A stretch of DNA of 64,000 nucleotides, taken from contig OZ024740.1 in NCBI GenBank assembly GCA_964016885.1, positions 366,792,001 through 366,856,000 of the forward strand. Direction: 5' to 3'. Made by a program: the position numbers and the translations under genes. Below, in pieces: positions 27,340-40,200 of this stretch. Below the pieces are notes generated by a model. That model was not told where the DNA came from. It was given only the letters and a program-made list of their open reading frames with translations, and did not search any database. Each line of letters begins with the position of its first letter. The stretch's first letter is position 1. Source of the DNA: Eledone cirrhosa (lineage: Eukaryota).

Positions 27340-28120
27340 TCTCATCATTCGTTACCTCCACTTGCGGCAGATCTTGCTCAAACATGATTTAGTTCTTTCC
27401 AAAGTTTCCTATTTTGCGTAGCTTCGTTTGGTTTATATACATTTAGACCAGACCATTTATAGACATTGTCATGTCCACGCCTCGTTGATATACCATTATT
27501 TCTTTTACCCTGGATCACATACTCAACACATGCATTAGAAAAACCTCTTTGTGAACGTTTTACTTGACCAAAGGGGGTCAGGAGACGCCCATTATAGGAA
27601 CTAGTTTAACAGCTTCTAGTACAGCCACATATTTTATATAGTCGAGTTGATTGTGGTTTGTCATGAACCACATAATATGGTTTTGAAAGCTCGTGACTTT
27701 ATTAATCATGAATGGGGTTCAGTTCACATATTCAAGATCATAAAAGACGACAGGTAGGACATGCGTGTTATAGATATTATATTTGATATAAAGTGGGATC
27801 CATTTGGTGTTTAAGTTCCTTATTTTTCTTAAAGGTTGCCAGCCGATAGGATTGACAGCCGACTAGATTTTCATAATTATCGTCCAATCAATTTCCTAAG
27901 TCATGTTTATAAACTGTTTATAAGCATCATTACTTCACGTGTTAAAGATGATATCTTTGCATCTTTTCGTGTGTATTAAGCTGCATATCAAACTGGTAGA
28001 GGTTCTATTAAAGAAATAAATGCCCTTGAGCAAGTTACTGAAAAATCATTTGAATTTAACAACCCAGAGTATGTAGCCTTCATGTATTTCACAAAAGATT
28101 TTGATAGTGTAAAATACAGT
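27337..28120 (-). mobile_element. Degenerate RTE-clade LINE 3' end with an inverted RT fragment at about 27985-28120
   Basis: Minus: IQGKRNNG...DNVYKWSG...ATQNRKLW; plus: TGRGSIKEINALEQVTEKSFEFNNPEYVAFMYFTKDFDSV. Confidence 0.65.
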
Positions 28121-29137
28121 GTATATATATATATTGATTTTATTTTGAGTTAAGATTGTACTTCTTTTTCCCCAACTTACACAAAGTCTGAGGATAAAGT
28201 TTATCTTCTTGATTTGTTTTAAATTAAGATTGTATTACTTTTCCCATATCTTACATTAAACGATTTTTCATCTTGATGGTATAGTCACTTATATGCCTGA
28301 ATTATTGTTGGCATTTTGCTTACATTAATTTCTCTATTTTCATTTATATATATATATATATATATATATATGGGATTGGTGCTCTGAAATAGCGATGTAT
28401 ACATGAATGTATGTATAGTATATTTGGCAATATACCGTATGTTTAATTAAAACTGTTAGAAGACCATACGCTATCAGTTTTAAAGTAGTGACTATGTCAC
28501 TTCTTTTCGGCGAAAGGAGTTATGATCCCTGTGATCACAAAAAAAATGAAATTATATAATTTCAATGTAGCCAGAGATGAGACTACTTTATTGGCCAACA
28601 TATGAACTTCTGACTTTATCATATAGCATGTATTCATTTTCTACTAGCATTGCACACACACACATACACACACATATATATATATAATTCTTTAAATTTA
28701 ATGTGTTACATATCTAAATGATATCATTGAATTTCAAAATATTTAAAGATCAGCTGATATATAATTTATAAAATTCCATTTTTGCAACAATTGTGGGTGG
28801 TCTTACGTAGCTATTCAACCTGCTTCAAATAGCAATCAAATCACCCTCAAATCAGTTTGTCTGACCTTCAATAAAGAAGGATACAGCAAACAAGCTGCGG
28901 TCAACCTTGATATATACAAACACAGGATAGTCATGGCTGGAACATTGCGAATACACTTTCATGGACAACTATGCATAGGAATAAACAGTATAACAACCAA
29001 TTTTCCTTCCAAAATTAAAAACAAACAAAACGAATTAAATCTCACACCACGTCTAATTTTAACGCCAACAATATCAAATTAATGTAATACTTTACTTAGA
29101 GGATTTAAGAGAGTAAGAGAGAGAGAGAAAGAGAGAG

Positions 29138-29220
<83 letters not shown>

Positions 29221-29530
29221 CATCAAACTATTGTTTTGTTTGCAAAGAAGACAAGCACAATTTCTCACCACTTACCACCATTTCAGTGTTGTCTGCCAAA
29301 TTTCACCGTAAAGGCTTGTAATTAGCATTTCATTCAAGAGTTTCTTTCTATTCAAGTATTGTATTATTGTATTTTGTAGTTAGTAAAGAATGAATAAAAC
29401 ATAAAATATAAGGAAAGAGAAGACATCTGTTAAGTCTGTTGTTATTGAATCTTGTTTTGCATGAACACCCCCCACACACTACAGAATTTATTGAACGTAC
29501 GCAGCGATAGACAGATATATATGTATATAC

Positions 29531-29577
<47 letters not shown>

Positions 29578-29991
29578 GCAGGTCAGTTTTATTGTAGTAC
29601 AATAAAGCAATGCAAATATCGGATAAGTAGCACTCCACAGTTTATAGGACTGGAGTATACAAATAATGTTTTAAAGGCTATTTCTCTCTCTCTATCACTC
29701 ATTTCTCCTCCTCTCCCATCCTTCCTTCTTATACTCCTCCCCCGTCATCTTTTTCTTTCTTCCTCTTCCTTACCCCCCCCCCTTTTTTTTTTTTCCAAAT
29801 CTCATATATCCATCTTACTTTATTTTTCATATGTTGATTCAAAACTTCACTGCTCGCAAGTGTTTTTTTAAGCTTCATATCATGTCTCCCTATTTTATCT
29901 GATGAAAACGCAAATATCATCCCATGATGATATTTGTTTTCGAAATGCACATAATAAAATACTTGGAACTCTTTAAACCATCTTTTGATCT

Positions 29992-30049
<58 letters not shown>

Positions 30050-30646
30050 AGAAGCAAAAAATTGCTTATTGTGATCCAGTTCTTGGTTCAGAAAGCCAGT
30101 TTCATGGATGGTTTCAACGTACGGTTAGGGGTAACTCCACAAGTTTGTAAGAATTCCGTTCAATCTTGGAGTATAAAGTATAAAAGAGAAAAGCATTAAG
30201 AGAAGGATTTTATCCAGGTATTTACGACCGTTTCATTGGTAAGTGCAACCTTGTATTGCTATACTGCAAATAGCAGCCACTCAATTATAATTATTGTTCA
30301 CAGTCCAAATTTTCAAAATAGTGAGTTACTCTTGAAATAATTCTTAATATATATAGAGAAAAACATTTATTTGGAATTGCGTTCACTAGTATAGAGAGAG
30401 AGGAATCAGAAGGTGATAAACGTCATGAGGGGACAAACGGAATAGTATAGAGAGAGAGGAAGGGGGAAGAGGTAGGAAGTAGAGCCACAAACTGAGATGG
30501 AGGGAGGGGTAGAGGTGGAAGGATTCTTTGGTCAGTTTTGATAGCAGACTTCATGTCGTGGAATATAGTGAGTTAAAGAGAATTAAATTGATCATAGTGG
30601 GAGGGATGAATAGAGAGGGAGTGAGAGAGGGGGGAGATATAAAGAG

Positions 30647-30698
<52 letters not shown>

Positions 30699-31080
30699 GA
30701 TATTAAATAAATGGAAACTATATTTATAAAACCATATTTATTTCATTATATATATTTCAGGGATATCATATTAAAAATATGTTATGCCTTCTTCAGACAA
30801 AATACAATATAAACAGTCTTATAAATAGATAGATTCGACATACCTTTCAACTTCGACTTCTATTTGAAAAGTTGATTTGGTAGTGAAAAAATATTAGGGA
30901 CAGTTATAAAAAGAAAGAAAGAAAAACGAAGAAAAAGAAGAAATGCATGCAACTAAATAGAAAGAGATAGATATAGAGAGATAGATATAGAGAAGAAATT
31001 CATGTAAAGAAAGAGAGAGAGATATATAGAGAGAGGAAAAAACACAGAACATTAAAAAAACACTAAACATTAAAAAAACA

Positions 31081-31728
31081 CTAAACATTAAAACCCACAT
31101 CGCTAAACTATTTTTTAATGCTCTTGATAATCGCTTCCCTAGAACACATAGGTATCACTCAATTTTCAATAGACATACTATAAAATTAACCTACTCATCC
31201 ACCAAAAATTTAGCACAAAATATTAATAGAATAAATAATAGGAATTTAAAACCTAGCCAAAATACCGATAATAGCATAAATAATATCCAAGTTAACAAAT
31301 GTAACTGTAGAGATAGATCTAAATGCCCGTTAAATAACAATTGCTTAGTTAAAAATATAATATACAACTGTAATGTTAAAACGGACTTAAATTCTTTTAA
31401 CTATGTTGGTTCCACCTCGACAGAATTTAAACTTCGCTATAATAACCACAAGAATTCTTTCACAGATCCAAGCAAAAAATCCTCAACATCACTATCAGGC
31501 CTACTCTGGCAACTTAGGCATGATAACGTTGGATATTCAACGGCTTGGAATATAGTCTCAAGAGGGATTCCTTTTAATTCATCCTCTGAGACATGTGACC
31601 TCTGCGCGGAGGAGATATTCTTTATACTAAAATCTAAAAATTCCCTTAATTTACGGACAAATTTATTCAGTTGCTGCAGACATAGATTGAACTCAACTTT
31701 TAAATATAAATATAAATTTAAAATGTAG
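31081..31728 (+). CDS. Stop-free partial frame (215 codons, no upstream ATG): PLE linker + GIY-YIG endonuclease
   Basis: Hand translation: HRYHSIFNRHTIKLTYS...CNCRDRSKCPLNNNCLVKNIIY...YVGSTSTEFKLRYNNHKNSF...CDLCAEEIFFI...LNLRTNLFSCCRH; absent from the ORF track. Confidence 0.85.
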   Translation, partial: LNIKTHIAKLFFNALDNRFPRTHRYHSIFNRHTIKLTYSSTKNLAQNINRINNRNLKPSQNTDNSINNIQVNKCNCRDRSKCPLNNNCLVKNIIYNCNVKTDLNSFNYVGSTSTEFKLRYNNHKNSFTDPSKKSSTSLSGLLWQLRHDNVGYSTAWNIVSRGIPFNSSSETCDLCAEEIFFILKSKNSLNLRTNLFSCCRHRLNSTFKYKYKFKM

Positions 31729-33124
31729 TATATTTAATTTGATTTATAATTATTTATGAAACTCGCCGATAAATCTTTCGATTCCTTTTTATTTTAAACA
31801 TTCTTCATGAATAATTAAACTACCCTAAAAGCTGATGCTCCAAATATATCGAATAAATTTTACACTAGATAAACTTCTATATTAAATATAAGACCATCTG
31901 TAGATCAAATGGGTATCCTAAACTTTTGGAATGTTTTCTGCTAGACAGGATTTGGTAAATAATTTTTGGTTTTGTTTGCTTTTGATTCTGATGCTTATAA
32001 CGAACTTGGCAATATATTGTCAATTAACTTCGAGGGGTTGATCTCTGTGGTTGATTTGCGGGGCATACTATGTTTTATTTTTATTTTTATTTTAATTATT
32101 TTAATTTTTATTTTAATATTTTTAATATTTTTAATATTTTTATTTTTAATATTTTTTTGATTTTTTGTTTTTTATTTACTTTTTGTTTCTGATATTTTTA
32201 TTGATATATTGATATCTGTTCTCTATTTATGCTTGAACGATAATCATGTAGAGTAAAGACATGAATAGTATTGTTAAAATTAATGTAGACTCTATATATA
32301 TTTGTGTGTATGTACACATATATGTATACTTAAATTTTTATAGCACAATGAGAATGTTTTCGTGTGAAATAGGAATTTGCAGAGCTGATCACGTAAATTC
32401 ACATGGATGTGTATAGTATAAAATCTGGGATAACCTTCTATTTTATCTCAACTCTAATTATAAACCTAGGAATTTTAGACTAGACATATGATCATTATTT
32501 TTCACACATTATTGATACGTGTCTCATTCATGAATACTGATATTTACATTATAATGCCTGCTTTATACGAATTGATATTTTTTTACATTGATGAAACATA
32601 GTGTTTTAAATCTGCCTCGTTTTTGTCTGGATATTTTTCTTTTCTCTCTATGTAACGGCTGTTTTCTCTCTTAACCACATATATCTCTCTCTACATTAAT
32701 ACTAGAGCTAAATAAATAAATAAATAAATAAATATATCATTGATACATCATTCAACTGGTGCCCAACTACCTAGTTTCTTTCTCTCTATCTCTATCTATT
32801 CTATCTCTCTATATTTTCTCTTTCTCTCTCTCTCTCTCTCTCTCCTCTCTTCTCTCTCTCTCTCTCTATCTATCTCCCTCTGTGTTTTTTCCTCTCTCTA
32901 TATATCTCTCTCTGTTTCTTTACATGAATTTCTTCTCTATATCTATCTCTCTATATCTATCTCTTTCTATTTAGTTGCATGCATTTCTTCTTTTTCTTCG
33001 TTTTTCTTTCTTTCTTTTTATAACTGTCCCTAATATTTTTTCACTACCAAATCAACTTTTCAAATAGAAGTCGAAGTTGAAAGGTATGTCGAATCTATCT
33101 ATTTATAAGACTGTTTATATTGTA

Positions 33125-33186
33125 TTTTGTCTGAAGAAGGCATAACATATTTTTAATATGATATCCCTGAAATATATATAATGAAA
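33125..33186 (+). ncRNA. Minimal type I hammerhead motif in the inner PLE pLTR (mirror copy 30741-30802, minus strand)
   Basis: UUUUGU-CUGAAGA-AGG(long AU stem II)CCU-GAAA-UAUAUAUA-AUGAAA; stem I pairs with two G-U wobbles. Confidence 0.65.
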
Positions 33187-35781
33187 TAAATATGGTTTTA
33201 TAAATATAGTTTCCATTTATTTAATATCGTAAATATACTCCAAATACTTGTTGAGTGCTTTTATATCAGTTATAAATATTTACTCGTTGTTAACCCAACA
33301 ATTTAAATAAAACTTTGCATATATATATATATATATAAAAGATAAAGATAATAATGACAAAAATAAAAGCAAAGAAGGGGATGAGAAAGAAGAAAAGAAA
33401 AGATAGTCAAGAAGGGGAGGGAAGGAAGGAAGGAAGGAAGAAAACGAAGAAATGGAAGAGGAATGAGGGAGAAGAGAGGGATATATGCATTGGTTTTGTG
33501 GGTAATTAAAAGGGTTTAGATACAACAAGAGGGTATAAAGTCTAAGTATATGCAGTTTGTCAGTTGGTAGTAAGAGGTTAAGGGTTCGATTTGTAGTGCG
33601 AAAACTTCTCTTTGAGTCTATGGTTACAATAAATTGATCTTTCGATTTTATTGTTGAGTAACTTATTCTTCGAACTCAAGATGTGGAACAGCTCAAGGTC
33701 GCATAATCGACAGCTTCTCATACCACTCTGATATGGGGGCGCGTTCGATAATTTTTTCATTTCAGGGTGTATTGATGGTTACTTTCCCTCAGTTGCCAGG
33801 TCTTGTTTGCAAGGGTAGTTACATAACGATGCTGGGAATGTTTCATTGCGTAACGGTGTGTATACCAACGGGCTTTAAATGTTTTCCCAGTCGCTCCGAT
33901 TTAATACCATTTCTGGTTGTCTGATTCCACTGTGCATTGGTAAACCAGGTTAGACTGCATACATTCATTATGTAATGGACAGGTTTCAGGTAGGTGGCAG
34001 TTACAATTCTTGTCATGGGTGACTTTGGCATTATTGGTGGGCTGCGATGCCTGTACAAGTGTGTTACGTTTTGTTTGCCTATTAGCGGGTGGTTGTGTAT
34101 TAGATATTCTGTTGTGTTCGGTGGTGATTGTATTGTTATTGTTGTAAATTTGCGTTTTGGTGTTGTTATGTATCTTTTTAGCGTTAAGTATCTTAATGTG
34201 TGCCTCTATATTTGGTGCCGTGGAGTAAGATAGTCTAATAGATTTAGTGTTAAGGATTTTGCTGTATCTATGTGAATCTGGAAAGTGCTTATTTATTATT
34301 CTAAAGAAGGTAGAGGGTAGGTTAGTACTAATAGAGGTGTTAATATGGGGTTATACCAAATATATTTTCTACTGCGTGACTTGTTTGATTTCGATGTTGT
34401 ATTTCTATTTGCCGTATACTTTGCAGTTCTATGCGTAAGTGCGTGTGTGCGTATGTTACCGGAGTTTGCGTGTTCGTGTGTGCTTCACAGAGGCTTTCAT
34501 CTATATATTCTACTCTATCTAAGTGGCCTGCCTTGTCTAATGCGGTATTGTAGTATTCTGCATGTTCTTCGAAGATTTGTCGGTTAGACGAGAGGCGGGA
34601 GATCCTAAGGGATATGCTGCGTGGAATGGATTTAATTATGGATAGTGGGTGGTTTGAGTTACAGTTGATGTATGCTAAGTTTTCATTAATCTTGTGAAAA
34701 GGTTAATGAAAACTTAGCATACATAATGAAAACTTAGCATTAATCTTGTGAAAAGGTCTTATAAGTCCCGTATTTAGGTTAAGCGTTGCGTCTAGAAAGT
34801 TAACTGTTTTAGTGCTATACTCATATGTTATGCTAAGGCCTAGTTTTCCGAGAGTCTTTCTAATATTCTTACGGAGTCTTTCTATGCTCTGATTATTTAG
34901 GTTCTAAACTAGGAGAAGGGCGTCGTCTCTGTAGATTCCACCGTGAAGGTCTCTAAACTCACTTTGTAAACTATGGGCTATGTAAATACCTACTAAATCT
35001 GTGACTTGAGCCGAGTCGTTAGCCCCCATCGTGATGTCAAAGTTATTTAATCTATCCTTACGTTCCCAATAGGCATTTTCAAATTTAATTATTGTTTTCC
35101 TAGCAGCTAATATGATTTTTATCTCGTCGTCTGTTATGTCAGAATTGGCTTTGGCGAATGCTAAGGCTTTATCCAGGATGTTGGGGGATATAGATGAGTA
35201 ATAATCGTTAATGTCAAATTGTATAAATTTAGATACTTCTTTGTTAGCTATATTGTTAAACCACTTAATTGTTTCGGTAGCGTTACCCCATAGTTTAATC
35301 ACTAGTTTATTCTTCATTTGTGCTATAACTCTCTCCCTCTCTTCATTTGTGCTATCACTCTCTCCCTCTCTATCCATCCCTTCCACTATGATCAATTTAA
35401 TTCTCTTTAACTCACTATATTCCACGACATGAAGTCTGCTATCAAAACTGACCAAAGAATCCTTCCACCTCTACCCCTCCCTCCATCTCAGTTTGTCGCT
35501 CTACTTCCTACCTCTTCCCCCTTCCTCTCTATCTATACTATTCCGTTTGTCCCCTCACCTTCTGATTCCTCTCTCTCTATACTAGTAAATACAATTCCAA
35601 ATAAATGTTTTTCTCTATATATATTAAGAATTATTTCAAGAGTAACTTACTATTTTTAAAATTTGGATTGTGAACAATAATTATAATTGAGTGGCTGCTA
35701 TTTGCAGTATAGCAATATAAATTTGCACTTACCAATGAAACGGTCGTAAATACCTGGATAAAATCCTTCTCTTAATGCTTA

Positions 35782-37141
35782 CCTGTGTTTTCTCGCATGT
35801 GCGACCCAACAGAAATGGAAAGACACATCCAACACTTCATCAACCGCATGCAGTTCTCTGGCTACAACCAAAGAGACAGAGTCAGTGTATACGAAGGAGC
35901 CATGGAAAAGTATAAGACCCTCATAGAACTGGACATGAAAGGAATTTGCCCATTATACAGGAGCAAATCATGGAATAGCTTAGATAGGGCTAGACATAAG
36001 ATAGGGAAAGCCACCTCATGGTACGACAACCAGAGATACCAGAGTGTCATGTTTGTGGACGCCACCCCTGGAGGGAAATTAGTTAACCAGTGTAGAAAGG
36101 CCCTGAGAAAGACCCACTTAAAAATAAAGGTGGTAGAAAAGCCAGGAACCACCATAAAATCCCTGATCAGCAAAACCTACCCTTTTAAGAAAACCCACTG
36201 AACCAATAGGAAATGTATCATATGTAAGGTGAACCGCCGGATAAACTGTAAAACTAGAAACGTAGTGTATAGCACAAGATGTACAGAAGGTACTTGCAGA
36301 AACATGACAACAACATACATAGGTGAGACAGCTCGTAGCATAGGTGAAAGGATAGACCAACACTGGGGGGAACTAAAAGGACGAAAAAACGGGTCAGTAC
36401 TATACGAACATGCTAGACAACAACATGACAGTAACATAGACAACATAGAAATTAGAAAAATATCTAAACATAGAAATGATCCAGCAGATAGGCAAATCAG
36501 AGAGGCCAGTGAAATAGAAATTAGAAGACCAAGGCTAAACATAAAGAATGAATGGAATAACAACAACACCCAAACAAACAACACTGACCCAAGAGAAGTA
36601 TAAATAAGTAAATAAAATAAAATAAATAAATAAATAAATACATACACAAGCACAATAACAACAAGCACATAAACACACACTAGTCACCCATCACACAGCA
36701 AACAAAACACTATACACACACGCAAACGCATGCGCAAAGAAGACAAAATAAAATAAACAAACAAGCAAATAAATAAATAAATATATAGACAGACTGAATA
36801 AAAATGGCGTAGACATACAATACAACAGGAGGAACAGGAGGAAGATATAACACCACTGACGATGTTGCAGTGTGCAACGAAAGATTTATGATAAACTATA
36901 TATATGTGTTTGTGTCTATATTGTATCTGTATTATTTTTGACCGTCGGTCAGTCAATGGCAACATTGAGGACCGAGTAAGTTAGATTACCGATATAAAAG
37001 ACACAGAAGCGAGAAGCGAAACCAACCAAACAGTGAGTGTGTTCTGTTATTAATTCTGGCAATATTACACAAATATGACCCTCCCCAAGTATAACAATAT
37101 TTGTTTCGACACACGATTTCATATAAAAAACCTCGCAAAAC
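35782..37141 (+). mobile_element. Third PLE (Nematis/Neptune-like), 5'-truncated: RT thumb, Cys linker, CCHH GIY-YIG and 3' UTR
   Basis: 35785-36603 is one frame with a single TGA at 36199; CKTRNVVY..C...C..YIGETARSIGERIDQH...LYEHARQQH...LNIKNEW; ends at (TA)n. Confidence 0.85.
36852..36892 (+). ncRNA. Minimal type I hammerhead motif in the third PLE 3' UTR
   Basis: ACCA-CUGACGA-U-GUUGCA-GUG-UGCAAC-GAAA-GAUUUA-UGAU; perfect 6-bp stem II. Confidence 0.65.
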
Positions 37142-37160
37142 TATATATATATATATATAT

Positions 37161-37250
<90 letters not shown>

Positions 37251-37879
37251 GAGAGAGATCTGATATGTGTTTATAAAAATCCCCACCCCACACACACCAG
37301 TAAATTTCCTTAACGCATGCGCAATTATATATGAAATGAAATCGAATTCGGGATCAAGTCTGCACAACACCTTATGCATTGATGCAAAATCGCGAAATTT
37401 TTGGTGTTTAATTTTATACAATATATTTTATACAATATGTTTTCCTTGTCTATTGTTATGTATTATTACTTTTACTTATCATGAATAGGGAGAAACAAAC
37501 AAATATACATATATACGAAGGTGGATCCTTTACGTGGTCGCTGAACCTGTAAGAAATAGCAACAGAATCATACTCTTTTATCTTATAGAGACACTTGTAA
37601 TCTTGGGACAATGTAATCTTGGGTTCATGACCAGAATGACTGCTCAAAGACACTCTAGTTAATTACCAGGATTCCCTTACAATTACACGGAGTAGATGCT
37701 AATATTGCATTGCTCGAGAGTGAGATATTAACCTTTATAGTGAGATGCCTCTTCTGGACAACGTCATTCCATAGAAAATGTTTTAGATAGATCATAATTT
37801 CGTAGTCTCATCTCTGGCTACATTGAAATTATATAATTTCATTTGTTTTTGTGATCACAGGGATCATAACTCCTTGCAA

Positions 37880-38300
37880 ACATTTCATTTATCGGTTTTT
37901 TAAACCCACTTTGCATTAACCTTAGGCATATGCAGATGATCATGCAAAACGCAGCGATCTGTTGTTTTTTTATCCATTATCTTCAATAGTTTGCCGTCTT
38001 TCACGTTCATAGTCTGCACGAGTTCTCCGTCCCTTAGAAAACTATACACACTATTTTTGTACAGTGCTGAAAGGAATAGAAGAGTTTTTATAAGAAACTC
38101 ATGGCATTGGATTTCAGTTGGATTAAAATATTCTTTGGTGAAAAATTTGATAAATGGCTTTCGATTTATTTTTGACATTTTTGACAGAAGGACTTCTAAA
38201 AATGAGAATAAAAATATATCTAAATGCATTTAGATGACGTAGTTCTACCCCACCATTGCGAAGATGTCAAAAACGTGATTTGATGTACTTCAAGCATAGT
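37880..38300 (-). mobile_element. Mariner transposase N-terminal remnant
   Basis: MSKINRKPFIKFF...PTEI...VLHDHLHMPKVNAKWV (WVP-like). Confidence 0.65.
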
Positions 38301-38319
38301 ATTTATTGTATCTTTGTTG

Positions 38320-40200
38320 GATGTAGAAATTAGAACCATGCTTTAGATTGAAGATAAAAACTCAACAACTATAAAGAAAGCCTATACAGATTATAAGCAA
38401 CAGACACACTCCTCACTTAGAAAGATAACGATATCTAGTGTCCAGCTAAAGAAGCTGACCTACAAGACGCTGTCGATAACAAAACACTCAAGGGTATTTT
38501 ACAATGGTCTGAAGGTGGTGTATGATCTGGGGGAGAGCAGGTCAAACCCAGTTCTATCTTCTGATAGTACAAACCTATACACATCCAAAGCTGAGATAAT
38601 CTCTCGACTTTGAAAAGGTCCTAGATGGTGAGTCAAACGTAGTCGAAGATGTAATATAATCTATTCCACAAAGGCCGGAGAGACTTTGATTAGCATTCAA
38701 CCCAAGCTTGTGTGAAGTAGAAGCCGCTATCAAGCAACTGTCATCCAATAAGGCTCCCGGCTAAGATGGCATCCCACCTTTAATTTTCAAATATGGTAGT
38801 CAAAAAATGGTTTGTAAGCTTCGTCGGCTATTTCTGTAAATCTAGAAGGTTAAACATGTCTCTCAAGACTTCAGAGATGCATCTATAATCTATCTCTCCA
38901 AGAACAAAGGTAAAAAAATCTATCTGTGACATTTCCCTTCTATGTATTGCTGGTAAGGTTCTCAACAGAATTATATCCAGACTTATTGATGATATCTACC
39001 CAATGTGGTTTCCGCACTGATCGGGGTACTAGGTTGCATAGAAGGTTCGTAAAATGAACCAGAATTGTGTTAGGGATCCTGTTCTCTTTGCTTTGTTCTT
39101 TTCTGTAATGGTCCAGTATGCATTTGGCGACTTAGACCCTGGAGTCAGATTTGAATTCTGTACATTAGGTCGATTATTCAACTATCAGCGCTTTAAGGTT
39201 TACACAAACAAGTATTATTCGTGATTTACTGTTTGCTGTTGATGCTGCACTTGTTGCAACATCTCTCGAAGAGGCACAATAATTGAGGAACCGTTTCTCG
39301 CTTGCCTGTAAGGCATTTGGTTTAACAATCATCATTAAGAAGACTGGGTGATACATCAACCAAGGGCAACCACCCACAGATAAGTAGATGGTGTTAGGCA
39401 AGGACAGCTGGGGCGCCTCATGTTCCCTGCACTATTGATGGCAATGATATGAAGTATGTGAACCACTTTACTTACCTTGGCAGTAGGGTGAACTGCTCTG
39501 TATCTCTGGATGATGGGATCGTCAATCGCATCTCCAAAGTAACTGACACCTTTGACAAGCTACATCATCGTCTGTGCGGTGTTAGAAGTATATCCCTGAA
39601 AATGAAAGTTGCACTCTATCGTGCAGTGGTTCGGAGTCATATCGCACCTACATTTATAAGATGATATCTTCCACAAACATTGTCGTCGCTCTATCTGTGG
39701 TTTTGCACTTTCTCCAATGCCGATCTGTTCACGAGGTGCAACATGGAGTCATCTCTGATGCAATCCCAACTCAAATGGGCTAGTCGTGACTGAAGACCGC
39801 ACGTCCAAGGTACTGTTATACAGTCAACTTCATAATGGTGTACGCAATGTAGGAGGCATATAAAGACAAACTGAAGTACAATCTTAAATCTGTAAACATA
39901 CGTCGTATTGCTTTTGAAGCCCTAGCTGCTGACTTTTGCTCATGGGAAATTGTCTGCTATGAAGGTATAAAGAACTTTGAAAAATCTCGTCTGGTCCATC
40001 TTCATGATCTAACGTCTTATAACAAGATCCAATCAAACATTCCATCTTCCTCCGCTCAAAGTTCTGTCATCTGCATTATATGTGCCTTGATGTGTACCTC
40101 AGAAGCTTGCCTAAAGCGCAACTTAGGGCATAACCATAACAAATGAACTGAGAAGAATTTGGAACCCTCACACGTTGATTATATGGTAGGAGACTCGATC
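38320..40200 (+). mobile_element. Degenerate RTE-BovB-like LINE
   Basis: FYNGLKVVY, KAPG*DGIP, QDFRDASII, QCGFR, LLFAVDAAL, FTYLGS, ISLKMKVALYRAVV, terminal CxxC zinc-finger relic. Confidence 0.85.

Larger units (their letters stand above)
30697..33318 (+). mobile_element. Inner PLE (Hydra-clade-like), 5'-truncated, inverted pLTR 30697-31048 matching 32879-33230, plus 88-bp tail
   Basis: 352-bp near-identical inverted repeat; GIY-YIG frame; (TA)n on both sides. Confidence 0.87.
30045..35780 (-). mobile_element. Outer PLE (Hydra-clade-like): inverted pLTR 35355-35780, truncated RT + GIY-YIG about 35330-33578, 3' pLTR and tail 30626-30045
   Basis: FIQFDINDYYSSI, FDITMGANDSAQVTDLVG, GIYRDDAL, NFLDATLNL, SNHP, CNC..CPL...C..NLVY, IGATGKTFKARW, CRLC...CNHR; 30191-30626 is the inverse of 35355-35780. 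Confidence 0.85.

Noticed and set aside
28516-28587. Inverted match to 37802-37874 as TIRs of a 9-kb element
   Set aside because: No TSD seen; more likely two fragments of a dispersed repeat
31800-32060. Antisense peptide QKLFTKSCLAENIPK as another PLE N-terminus
   Set aside because: Too short and disrupted to support
36604-37141. SECIS element for the UGA at 36199
   Set aside because: No AUGA...AA...GA kink-turn stem found by eye
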